Shown one piece after another: positions 9,217-18,094 of a DNA stretch of 64,000 nucleotides. Below the pieces are notes generated by a model. It searched no databases. It had not been told where the DNA came from and saw only the letters and a list, made by a program, of their open reading frames with translations. Source of the stretch: Phycisphaeraceae bacterium (GTDB taxonomy: Bacteria; Planctomycetota; Phycisphaerae; Phycisphaerales; Phycisphaeraceae); assembly GCA_020851735.1 (NCBI GenBank), contig JADZCD010000022.1:6438-70437 (forward strand), written 5' to 3'. The translations under genes and the position numbers were made by a program. Numbering within the stretch: position 1 is the stretch's first letter; every line of letters begins with the position of its first letter.

Positions 9217-9969
9217 TCACGCCGGATGAAGGGTTAGGAAGGCCATCCCCTGCCATTGCTGGCGGTAGCGCAGGTACATGTCCTGCCAACGATGCAATTT
9301 TGACCTGCGTTCCTCCCGTGCCGGGCCGGCGGGCATCTGAAGAAACTCCTGCATTTCGATCTTGCGACTGTTAAAGATGTACCGGTCCCACTCATCCCGC
9401 GTCGCCCGAGAATAGTAACCAACCTCCAAACCCTCCGCTCTTGCGATGTCGAAAAGGTCTGTTTCCGTGTGGCACGCGCCTTCATACTCCCTTAACTCGT
9501 TGGGGGCGTCCGGCACGGAGTAGAAGGGCTCGGCGACAACGATGCTGCCCTTTGGGCCGATGGCGCGCCGCAGGTGACGAATGGTTGGTCCAGATCCCCC
9601 GAATCCCATCGAGGCACTCATGCAGGCGGCGACGTTGAAGTCGGCCGCGCCCAGCTCGTAAGACTTCACGTCCTGGCAAACAAAGTTTGCTTTGTCTGCT
9701 ATGGCCCAGCACTGCGCCCGGGTTGCGGCCTCGGCCAGGAAAGAATGATCCATGTCGACGCCTACGCCCGTCGCCCCAAAGTACCTAGCCCACAGGCAAA
9801 GCATCTCGCCACGTCCGCATCCGAAATCTATGACGCTCTGGCCGGCTTTCAGGCCAAGATATTTGCCGATCTCGAGCAGACGAAGTGGGGAGACTGCGTT
9901 TGCGGCGGGTGTGTCCACTTCTAACTGGCTGACCAGGTCAAGTAGTTCCATGGTTTCCTCCAACTTCAT
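9217..9969 (-). CDS. class I SAM-dependent methyltransferase
   Basis: Motif I VIDFGCGRGEM, then GVDMD. Its first codons overlap the end of the upstream gene (9938-9969). Confidence 0.75.
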   Translation of the reverse strand: MKLEETMELLDLVSQLEVDTPAANAVSPLRLLEIGKYLGLKAGQSVIDFGCGRGEMLCLWARYFGATGVGVDMDHSFLAEAATRAQCWAIADKANFVCQDVKSYELGAADFNVAACMSASMGFGGSGPTIRHLRRAIGPKGSIVVAEPFYSVPDAPNELREYEGACHTETDLFDIARAEGLEVGYYSRATRDEWDRYIFNSRKIEMQEFLQMPAGPAREERRSKLHRWQDMYLRYRQQWQGMAFLTLHPA

Positions 9970-11089
9970 AGAGTGTCCGCAACAATGGTCTTCGTTTCGG
10001 ATCGTCGTCCAGCAAGTGGTTGTCGTTAAACAGGTCTAAGTTGCCGATCAGCCACCGCTGACCTATCGCGCGGACAGCTGGATCGCGGACTTGCTCCCAC
10101 AGCGCGCCCGCGATGGCGCCCGCGCGGCTGATGGTGAAAGGGCGATCCTTAAGACGCACGGGCTCGACGGGGATGGGGCGCGTGAGGCCCAGGGCATTGT
10201 GCATTTCCCCGAGTTTGCGGTAGGCGTCGGCAAGGGCCCCGTCACGCTGCCTCCAACCTGAAGCGGCGCCGATGCGTTCCAGAAGAGGGAGAAGCGTGGG
10301 AGCACATCGCAATTGCGCGAAAGCTGAGCCGAACCACTTGGGATACGGCGGATATGACTGTTCCATCAGGAAACCTAAACGCATCATGTCGCGGATAAGG
10401 CGCCAGGCAATGATGGTCGATCCTAAATTGTCTCCCACACTTCCCGCCCGACCCGTTAAGGTTTCGTCTTCGTTAATCCGGGCCCAGCACGAGGCAAGAA
10501 CATAAAGCCAGATGTCGCGCGGATACCAACGGAATCGCTCACGCACGGCCTGGAGGCCCAGGTCGTCGCGGAAAACACGCCCTGCGACCATGGAACGGAG
10601 CTTCTGGTGCGGTATCGTCAGCCAGTCGGCGGGTGACAAGGGCTTGTCCAAATCAATACCGATTTCCTTCTGAAAGAAGCCTTGAAGGGTGTACATTTCG
10701 ATTCGAGGCTCGAGGCCCGGATCATTCGGCCTCTGCTGTAATCGCTCGCCTATGCCACGGACGGCGTGGCTGTAAATGCGCAGCGGGTAGCCCCTGTACA
10801 TAAGTGGCAGATGCTCCATGGCCAGCGCTCGAATGGCTTGCGTGCGCGTTTCCAAGTCCTCGCACTGGAGAAAGAGCATGACCCTCGGTCCCCAATCGTG
10901 ATCGGCGGACATCGGTGTGTCGAAACCCAACACGTCCGATCCGCCGCCTAAAACCGCGGCGGCGTAACGCGAATTCGGCAGATGCGCGTCGAGCATGGGG
11001 CGCACCAGTTCCGTAAAGAAGCCCTCGGCCAAGTCAAGGCCGGGGATGAAGGGCGGACGCGGCTGGCCATCAGAAAACAATTTTGTCAT
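9938..11089 (-). CDS. DUF4037-like protein with a pol-beta-type nucleotidyltransferase motif
   Basis: VLGGGSDVLGFDTPMSADHDWGPRV matches the G-S..D-x-D signature and the 'DHDWGP' hallmark that I recall for DUF4037 proteins. The family assignment is from memory. Confidence 0.55.
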   Translation of the reverse strand: MTKLFSDGQPRPPFIPGLDLAEGFFTELVRPMLDAHLPNSRYAAAVLGGGSDVLGFDTPMSADHDWGPRVMLFLQCEDLETRTQAIRALAMEHLPLMYRGYPLRIYSHAVRGIGERLQQRPNDPGLEPRIEMYTLQGFFQKEIGIDLDKPLSPADWLTIPHQKLRSMVAGRVFRDDLGLQAVRERFRWYPRDIWLYVLASCWARINEDETLTGRAGSVGDNLGSTIIAWRLIRDMMRLGFLMEQSYPPYPKWFGSAFAQLRCAPTLLPLLERIGAASGWRQRDGALADAYRKLGEMHNALGLTRPIPVEPVRLKDRPFTISRAGAIAGALWEQVRDPAVRAIGQRWLIGNLDLFNDNHLLDDDPKRRPLLRTLYEVGGNHGTT

Positions 11090-11240
11090 CGTGTGTCATC
11101 TCCTGGACGTTGTGATTTTCTGCCTTGATTTTGATCTCTCCATTACCTGTAACTTTGGATGCACTAATTGGCCATGTATCCATCGGCCTGCGCGTAACGC
11201 GTGTGACCGATCGTTCGGAAGACTGTCCTGGTATGCGTGG

Positions 11241-11657
11241 TCATTGGGTTGGCCTTGTTTGGGGAGGTTTGTGTGGACGGATCGCGTCTGCGAGCTGGTC
11301 CAGAGGAAAGCACGGTTGCGCCAGGGGGCGCAAGGCGAGAGAGATCAGGGCAAGTTCGTTGTCATCGCCGGCAACACGGTTGATGCGCACGGCACCGCAG
11401 TTCTGGCAACGATGCAGAATGGCCCATTCGCCGTTGGGTTTGACCGTGATGGCGATCGGTTCCATGGCGCCGCCGCACGATGCGGAGCGGTCACCGGGCT
11501 GATGGTCGACGTGCAGGCTCCACAGGCAGATGGGGCAGTGGTTGCGGTGTTTAGTTCCGGAGAGTGTCCCCGGCACGGGCCGATGACAATGGGCGCACGT
11601 GAAGCCGTCGGCGTTTGGTCGTGGATGATGATGTAGCGAATTGGCTTCTGATTTCAC
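11241..11657 (-). CDS. RNHCP-domain zinc-ribbon protein
   Basis: Contains a literal RNHCPICLWSLHVD, with flanking CxxC (CAHC) and CQNC pairs. GTG start with a strong AAGGAGG 5 nt upstream. Confidence 0.7.
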   Translation of the reverse strand: MKSEANSLHHHPRPNADGFTCAHCHRPVPGTLSGTKHRNHCPICLWSLHVDHQPGDRSASCGGAMEPIAITVKPNGEWAILHRCQNCGAVRINRVAGDDNELALISLALRPLAQPCFPLDQLADAIRPHKPPQTRPTQ

Positions 11658-12288
11658 CGAGCCCTCCTTCGCGCGACGATGCGAGCCAAGCCGATGACGT
11701 CGTTACGCGAACTAATGGCGGGCTTAGGGATAGTTGTCTGGGCCAGTATCTGCGGCCATGCACGCGTCGTAAGAGATCTCATGATGCTCATGAATCTTGT
11801 TTCCTTATGCGTAGCGTTTAACTCCACCTGCATAGAGACGGTTGTTTGCCGTCGACGTTGGTTGTTCATGCGCAGCCACAACTCAGTCGCGATGTGTCGC
11901 GGACTTTGCCTGTTGGGTGCCTGCGCAGGGGATCGCCGCAACCGTTTGAGTCACGTGTGGGACACGCCGGTTGGGCTAAAGGGCAACCGCCTGACTTGTT
12001 TTAGTCAGCAGCCACTAGCCTTAGATGGTTCTAAGACCTCTGGCTTAGCGCCCAAAGCGCCCGGGGCGTGACGTCACCGTGATGGCATTTAGTTTCGTTG
12101 TCATGGGTCACGCTCCTTGCAGAGGGTTAGGAAGAAGGGGAATTTCACGACGCAACATAGTATTTATCGTTTCTTCCTGGTTGTGTCAATAAAAAATGTC
12201 GCCTGCTCTCATTTTTTTGTGGCCGCGTCGGCCCACCTAAAAGTCTGTAAAATTACGCCCCTTTACTTTTGCCTGGAGAGCGATTGCC

Positions 12289-13644
12289 ATGCCTGCATTC
12301 CGTCATCGCATGTTGCTGGATTGGATTAACGACGTCAGTACGCCGCTGCGGGCGGGCAAGCGCTGGCCGATCATCGACGTGGATGAACAGACCCTGCGCG
12401 ACTATCAGGAATTGTTCTCCGTGGCCCGCGACTGGGGCTACAACGGCATCACCATCTGGGGGCTGTACGTCGACCACGCCTGGCCGGTGGATTTAAAGAG
12501 CTGCCTTACGCCGGCGCGGAAGAAAATCATCGACGGCATTCTGGATGCGGCCCGGCGGTGCGGCATCACCGTCTACAGCGGCATGGGCGTTTACACCTGG
12601 GGATTTGAAGAGATCATCCGGGCGCATCCGCAGACGTCGCGCAACGAAGGACGCTGGTGCTACGGGCGATTCGTGGAAAGCAACGGGGTGGCGATGTGCT
12701 ATCACCAGCCGGCGGCCCGGGAGTGGATGCGCAAGATCATCGATTTCGCGGTGCAGGAAATGGGCGTGCAAGGTTTTGGGTTTCAGTCGGCCGACCAGGG
12801 GCGGTGCTATTGCTCACAGTGCCGGCAACTGGGGGACATGGAATATCACGCCCTGGTAAACGCGGAGACCGCGCAATACACGCGGGAGCGCTGGCCGGGG
12901 GTGAAACTTTCGGTCAGCGGGTGGGGGATCAACTTCGACAAGGACGAGGATTGGCCGCACTTAAAGAAGATGGCTGGACAGTTGGATTTCATCACCGACG
13001 TGATGGATCAGTCATTCGATCGCGGCAGGGAATATCGGCGGAAACTGATCCAGACGTTGCCCTGCGATTTCGGTTCGCTGGGCCGGACGGTGGTGGTGCC
13101 GCCGCAGCGGTGGGAGCGGGATCGGTGGTTTTTGCCCCATGCCAGGTTGCTGGGGCAGAACATCAGCCAATTGGCGGCCGACGGCGGCAAAGCGTTTGAA
13201 TTCTTCGCCGGGCCGCTGGCCAACCCGCAGTTTGACTTGATGACGCGTTACGTGGGGCGGATGCTGACGCATCCGGAGGAATCCATCGAAAAGGCCCTGG
13301 GCCTGGCGGTGGACGACGTGCTGGGGCCGCACACGCCGGCCGTGCGCGACAGCCTCGTGCAGTGGCTGCTGGAAATCGAGCGGGTTTACTTCAGCCGGGT
13401 GACGGAGGTCAAGGGCGAATTTGACTACGAGCCGCTGATGGGCGTGGACGCGGGACCGCCGATTTACCTGGATCGCCTGCGCACAGCCCTGGCGGACTTC
13501 GGGCAGGACATGCGCAAGCTCCAGGAACAATATCAGCCGCTGCGTAAGCAATGCCGGCAGGAAGCCAAGGCGGCGTTGATTGATCGGTGTCTGACGAACG
13601 TGCAGAAGGACATCCGCTGGCGGCTGGAAAATCCCAAGACCTAA
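12289..13644 (+). CDS. hypothetical protein (possible TIM-barrel glycosidase-like fold)
   Basis: 451-aa ORF with coding-like composition and no motif I can name with confidence. Contains CYCSQC. Confidence 0.5.
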   Translation: MPAFRHRMLLDWINDVSTPLRAGKRWPIIDVDEQTLRDYQELFSVARDWGYNGITIWGLYVDHAWPVDLKSCLTPARKKIIDGILDAARRCGITVYSGMGVYTWGFEEIIRAHPQTSRNEGRWCYGRFVESNGVAMCYHQPAAREWMRKIIDFAVQEMGVQGFGFQSADQGRCYCSQCRQLGDMEYHALVNAETAQYTRERWPGVKLSVSGWGINFDKDEDWPHLKKMAGQLDFITDVMDQSFDRGREYRRKLIQTLPCDFGSLGRTVVVPPQRWERDRWFLPHARLLGQNISQLAADGGKAFEFFAGPLANPQFDLMTRYVGRMLTHPEESIEKALGLAVDDVLGPHTPAVRDSLVQWLLEIERVYFSRVTEVKGEFDYEPLMGVDAGPPIYLDRLRTALADFGQDMRKLQEQYQPLRKQCRQEAKAALIDRCLTNVQKDIRWRLENPKT

Positions 13645-13661
13645 GAAACTCCAAGACCATG

Positions 13662-13764
13662 AACCGCCAAGACGCCAAGAGCGCCAAGAAAACGTCCAAG
13701 GCGAATGCTCGAGGTAGCCAAACCGCCGCTATACGACTTTTCTGAACTTGGCGCCTTGGCGGTT
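13662..13764. repeat. 18-bp inverted repeat (CCAAG-type family) between convergent genes
   Basis: AACCGCCAAGACGCCAAG (13662-13679) pairs with CTTGGCGCCTTGGCGGTT (13747-13764) with 1 mismatch. A related motif lies at about 43160-43190. Confidence 0.8.
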
Positions 13765-13771
13765 TGGTTCG

Positions 13772-15055
13772 TCATACTTTGGCTGCTTGCGCCAAGGCGA
13801 TTAAGCGCGCGCGTTCCGCTGGGGACAGTTGCATTTGCCGGCGGGCCATCATGCGTTCGATGGCCACCAGGGCTTTGTCCACTTCCGGGGGGCGCGGGCC
13901 GGCGTCGGTCAGGAAGGAGAACGCGGGCGTGAAGGTGGGCGCGAAGGAAGACAGAGCCAGCACCGTGGCTGTGCCCAGGCAGGCGCCGGTGAGGATGCGT
14001 GAGCCGATGGCCGTGCGGGTGTAGTCGCCGATGACAGGCCCAAGAAAAGTCAATCCTGTCTCTTGCGGGGGTTGCCGGGCCTCCAACTGCATGCGCACGG
14101 GGCCGTAGGTGTTTTTCAGATTGCTGACATTCGTGTCCGCGCCCAGATTGACCCAGGTGCCGACCAGGGCGTGGCCCAAAAAGCCTTCGTGGGATTTATT
14201 GGTGTAGCCTTGCAGGACGGCGTGGTGAATCTCCCCGCCGAGCTTGCACATGGGCCCGATGGCCAGGCAGGGGCCCATCAAGGAATGCGCTTTGATGGTC
14301 GAGCCCGGGCCGACATAAGCTGGGCCCATGACCACGGCATGGGGTTGCAGGACGGCTTGTTCTTCAATGACGATCGGGCCTTGGCGGGCATCGAGCACGA
14401 CGCCCGGAAGGAGCTTGGCGGACGGATGGACGCGAATTGCGGCATCGCCCACGCGATAAACGCCAGCGTCATTGGCTGTCCACATCGGAACTTCACTGGC
14501 CAGAAGATCTTGCGATAGAGTCGCTTCGAGTTGATCCAGGATGTGCCAGGGCCTGTCGATCAAAACAGGTTGTTTAAGCGTGGAAATCTGGAGAGATTGG
14601 GGAACTTGGCGGGCGTTAGAAGCCCAGAACTCTTTTGCCTGCGGAAGCAGAAGGTGGGCGGCGACAAGTTGGCCGTCGGGTTGGCATAAAGCCTGACCTG
14701 CCGCTAAGTCCATGACCTGGGGGACGTGATTCAATCCCAGCCAGCGTCCGTTGACGACCAGGCAGTTGGCGGCGGGCGGTTTGTTGACGGGCACGTGGCA
14801 GCGCTCGGCGAGCAGCGGCGCCAAGTGGCGAGGCGCGATCAGACCGGTCAGCGGTGACTTAAGTGCTTGCGTGAGGCGGGTGATGGTCTGCCGTGCGCCG
14901 GTGCGCAGCTCAAAGGCGGCGCGCAGATCGGTCAGCGGGCCGAAGCGCCCTAAGCCGTCGTCGAAAATGACCAAAGCTGGAGGCACAAAAACATTATCGT
15001 CAAAATCGGGCGGCGGCTGGTGATCGGCGAAGAAAGAAAAGAAAGCGTTTGACAC
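13772..15055 (-). CDS. GlmU-like sugar nucleotidyltransferase / left-handed beta-helix acyltransferase
   Basis: N-terminal nucleotidyltransferase-like region (LVIFDDGLGRFGPLTDLRA), with C-terminal hexapeptide repeats (GPAYVGPGSTIKAHSLMGPCLAIGPMCKLGGEI..VGTWVNLGADTNVSNLKNTYG). Confidence 0.6.
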   Translation of the reverse strand: MSNAFFSFFADHQPPPDFDDNVFVPPALVIFDDGLGRFGPLTDLRAAFELRTGARQTITRLTQALKSPLTGLIAPRHLAPLLAERCHVPVNKPPAANCLVVNGRWLGLNHVPQVMDLAAGQALCQPDGQLVAAHLLLPQAKEFWASNARQVPQSLQISTLKQPVLIDRPWHILDQLEATLSQDLLASEVPMWTANDAGVYRVGDAAIRVHPSAKLLPGVVLDARQGPIVIEEQAVLQPHAVVMGPAYVGPGSTIKAHSLMGPCLAIGPMCKLGGEIHHAVLQGYTNKSHEGFLGHALVGTWVNLGADTNVSNLKNTYGPVRMQLEARQPPQETGLTFLGPVIGDYTRTAIGSRILTGACLGTATVLALSSFAPTFTPAFSFLTDAGPRPPEVDKALVAIERMMARRQMQLSPAERARLIALAQAAKV

Positions 15056-15155
15056 CGTTGGGTCGGGGCTTTAGTGTGGTTTTCTGAATCGACGGGATCG
15101 TACTGATCAAGGGAGCCGTCGATCCCTGTCCTAACCCCTGGTAACGTGATCCGCC

Positions 15156-16643
15156 ATGGCCAAGATTGATCCGGCGCTTTGGCGCGACATGATGGATTAT
15201 CTGCGTCGCCGGCATGCTCCGATCTGCCGGCAGTGGTTTGAGAATTTGCGTCCGGTGGAGCTGGACTCGGGTCTCTTAAAGATCCACACCGAGACGCGGA
15301 TTCAACAGAACTACCTGCAGAAGCGCTGCGCCGAGCAGTTCACGGAAGCGGCGCAGGCAGCCACGGGCGCGTTGGTGGCGGTGCGATTCATCAATCTGGA
15401 AGGTCACAACGGCGGCGACGGCCACGAACGCGTGGGCGCCGCGGCCGGCGGAGCTTCGGCGGGCGTCGGTGGGGCCACTTCGGCTTCCGGGGGCGGGGGC
15501 AATTCCGGGGGGGGCGTGGCGACGGCGGCGGCGCCGGTGGCGATCAGGGGGCGATCGGAAGTGCAGGTCATCGAGTTGCGCAGCCAAGGCAATGACGCGC
15601 TTGAGCCTGACGAGTTACTTCTGAGTCCCGACTACACCTTTGACACTTTTGTGACCGGTCCCAACAACCGTCTGGCTTATGCGGCCGCGGTGGCGGTGGC
15701 CAATCAACCCGGGACGGCCTACAACCCGTTGTTCATTCATGGCGGGGTGGGGCTGGGCAAGACGCACCTGTTGCAGGCCATCTGTCAGAAGATTCTCCAG
15801 GTCAATCCCAAGGCCCGCATCTGCTACCTGTCCTGCGACGCGTTTATGAATCGCTTCCTGGATTGCGTGCAAAGCGGGAAGATGAACGAATTCCGCAACC
15901 GCTACCGCCACGTGGACGTGCTGGTGATCGACGACATCCACTTCCTGGCCAAGCGGGAGCAATCGCAGGAAGAGTTCTTCCATACTTTTAACGCCCTTTA
16001 TCAGAGCAATCGGCAGCTGGTGCTCTCCAGCGATTCGCCCCCGGCCGACATTCCGCAGCTTGAGGAGCGGCTGGTAAGCCGGTTCCAGTGGGGACTGGTG
16101 GCGGAAGTTTCCAAGCCGGCGTATGAGACGAGGGTAGGCATCGTGCGGGCCAAGGCCAAGCTGCGAGGGATCGTGCTGCCCGACGACGTGGTGAGCTACA
16201 TCGCCGCGAAGATTGACTCCAACGCCCGCGAGCTGGAAGGGGCCATCACCACCGTGCAAGGCTGCGCCGCCCTGCAGGATCAGGAAATCTCCCTGGAGCT
16301 GGCCAAAAACGCCCTGGGTGAGCCGGGCCTGGAATCGCGCGGCAGCCATCAAGTGACGCTGCAGAACATCATCGACGTGGTAACCGAGTTCTACAACGTC
16401 AAGCTCAGCGACCTGCAGAGCAAGCGGCGGCACAAGTCCATCACCCTGCCGCGCCAGGTGTGCATGTGGCTGGCCCGCAAGCGAACGCGCTTCAGCCTCC
16501 AGGAGATCGGCGGGTACTTCGGCGGGCGGGATCATACAACGGTGATGCACTCGATCGACATCATCGAGGAGCGCATGGGCGCGGATTCGAACTTCGGCAA
16601 GCAGATCGAGCAACTCGACGGCCGGCTTACTTCCACCAAGTGA
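15156..16643 (+). CDS. dnaA: chromosomal replication initiator DnaA
   Basis: AAA+ core NPLFIHGGVGLGKTHLLQAI and VLVIDDIHFL, with the C-terminal DNA-binding motif GGRDHTTVMHSI. The domain-II linker carries repeat-derived Gly/Ser/Ala sequence. Confidence 0.96.
   Translation: MAKIDPALWRDMMDYLRRRHAPICRQWFENLRPVELDSGLLKIHTETRIQQNYLQKRCAEQFTEAAQAATGALVAVRFINLEGHNGGDGHERVGAAAGGASAGVGGATSASGGGGNSGGGVATAAAPVAIRGRSEVQVIELRSQGNDALEPDELLLSPDYTFDTFVTGPNNRLAYAAAVAVANQPGTAYNPLFIHGGVGLGKTHLLQAICQKILQVNPKARICYLSCDAFMNRFLDCVQSGKMNEFRNRYRHVDVLVIDDIHFLAKREQSQEEFFHTFNALYQSNRQLVLSSDSPPADIPQLEERLVSRFQWGLVAEVSKPAYETRVGIVRAKAKLRGIVLPDDVVSYIAAKIDSNARELEGAITTVQGCAALQDQEISLELAKNALGEPGLESRGSHQVTLQNIIDVVTEFYNVKLSDLQSKRRHKSITLPRQVCMWLARKRTRFSLQEIGGYFGGRDHTTVMHSIDIIEERMGADSNFGKQIEQLDGRLTSTK
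15475..15514. repeat. CTTCCGGGGG-type units inside the dnaA linker
   Basis: CCACTTCGGCTTCCGGGGGCGGGGGCAATTCCGGGGGGGG, translated as ..TSASGGGGNSGGG.. Confidence 0.8.
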
Positions 16644-17061
16644 TCACGATGTTCCGCGGATGGCCGAATGTTTCCGTAAACCGGGAGCGCGGTTCATTTT
16701 TCGCTGCTTCTATGGTTTTTCCTGGGCTTGAGTTGGGTGTCGATTAACCTGTGGGATACCCGTGGAAAGACTGTCGGTGCTGGTGGTTGAACGTTGTTCG
16801 TTTTGGCCGAGGTTGGAGAGGTTATTCTTCGGCTGCTGGTCATACGTAGCCAACGACATCGGCCCCAGCAGCGCCCAACAGGCCAATAGACAGCTTTTCA
16901 ACACGTCATATTTGTTCGTATCGCCATATTTATCAATAGTTTAAGTGATGTAATCTTTATTCTTTTGCACATTGCGCCAGCAACTAACTAAGAAGAAGAG
17001 AAACCTTTTCTTTACCTATCAGTTCCGATCCAGGAATCCGATCAAGCGAGCAATTGGACCG
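16644..17061. other. candidate oriC / AT-rich unwinding region downstream of dnaA
   Basis: 418-bp non-coding gap between convergent dnaA and mutM. It contains the most AT-rich stretch of the window (about 16900-16975: CATATTTGTTCGTATCGCCATATTTATCAATAGTTTAAGTGATGTAATCTTTATTCTTTTGCACATT). There are only weak 7/9 DnaA-box-like words: TGTGGGATA at 16750, TTATCAATA at 16930 and TTTTGCACA at 16963. Confidence 0.35.
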
Positions 17062-18009
17062 TCACTTGGCACGTTTTGATGAGTTCCGTCGTTTCCTGAT
17101 GATCCTCGTTCTGCCCTGGCAGCTTGGGCAATAGACAGTTGTCCTACCGCCAGCGATGGTTGCCGCGAGAATGGACCGGCAGACTCGGCAGGGCTGACCG
17201 GACCGGCCGTAGACGCGGAGATCGAATTGAAATTCGCCCGCGTTGCCGTTGCCGTCGGTGTAATCACGCACGGTCGAACCCCCGGAGGCGATAGCTCGTG
17301 CCAGTAACGCCCGCATCCGCCGAACCAAGGCGCGAACGGTGTTCTGGTCAACCGATGAGGCCCTGGCTAAAGGGTGTAAACGGCAGGAGAACAAAAGCTC
17401 GTCGACGTAGATATTGCCAAGGCCAGCCAGGACCGACTGGTCCAGGAGTGTGGCTTTGAGGTTTCGCCGGGTGGCGGTCAGCTTCTGGTAGAGGTCGCCC
17501 GGTTTAATGGCCAAGGCGTCAGGCCCGAGCTTGGCTAACCGCTGGGCGTGGAGCTGGGCGGCGTTGTCAAAAGTCCAGATGCCACCAAAACGGCGCGGAT
17601 CGCAAAAGGCCATCACCGCCCCATCGTCCAACGTCCAGGCGATGTGGGTATGACGGGGAAGAATTGTGGATTGACGCTTGCCCCCGTTTCCCGCAGCCTT
17701 GGGGCGGTGCACGTGCATGGACCCGGTCATGCCCAGGTGCACAGCCAGGCACGGGCTTGCCCCGCTAAGCCAGGAGACCTCGCCCCCAGGGCACTGGGGC
17801 GGGGGCGAAGTCAGAATGGCCAGGTTCTTGCCGTGGCGATGCAGGGAGGTGATGGTCTGGCCCTGGAGCAGGTCAACGGCGGTGGGCGAGTTTCCGTTGG
17901 GCGTGGTGATCACCTGGGGCTTACGGATGTGAACGCGCACAATCCGGCGACCAGGAAGGTGGGCCATCAAGCTGCGACGAACCTGTTCAACTTCCGGCAG
18001 TTCGGGCAT
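17062..18009 (-). CDS. mutM: formamidopyrimidine-DNA glycosylase
   Basis: Starts MPELPEVE and has a C-terminal zinc finger, CRVC..CPSCQ. Confidence 0.9.
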   Translation of the reverse strand: MPELPEVEQVRRSLMAHLPGRRIVRVHIRKPQVITTPNGNSPTAVDLLQGQTITSLHRHGKNLAILTSPPPQCPGGEVSWLSGASPCLAVHLGMTGSMHVHRPKAAGNGGKRQSTILPRHTHIAWTLDDGAVMAFCDPRRFGGIWTFDNAAQLHAQRLAKLGPDALAIKPGDLYQKLTATRRNLKATLLDQSVLAGLGNIYVDELLFSCRLHPLARASSVDQNTVRALVRRMRALLARAIASGGSTVRDYTDGNGNAGEFQFDLRVYGRSGQPCRVCRSILAATIAGGRTTVYCPSCQGRTRIIRKRRNSSKRAK

Positions 18010-18094
18010 GATGAGGTGATTTTAGCGGCTTGGCGAAGTCAGGATGCCGAATCGGGGCATGCAGAGCTTGGTATAAGAGCTCAAGGAGACAAGA

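Noticed and set aside
15615-16613. 332-aa minus-strand ORF
   Set aside because: Antisense to dnaA.
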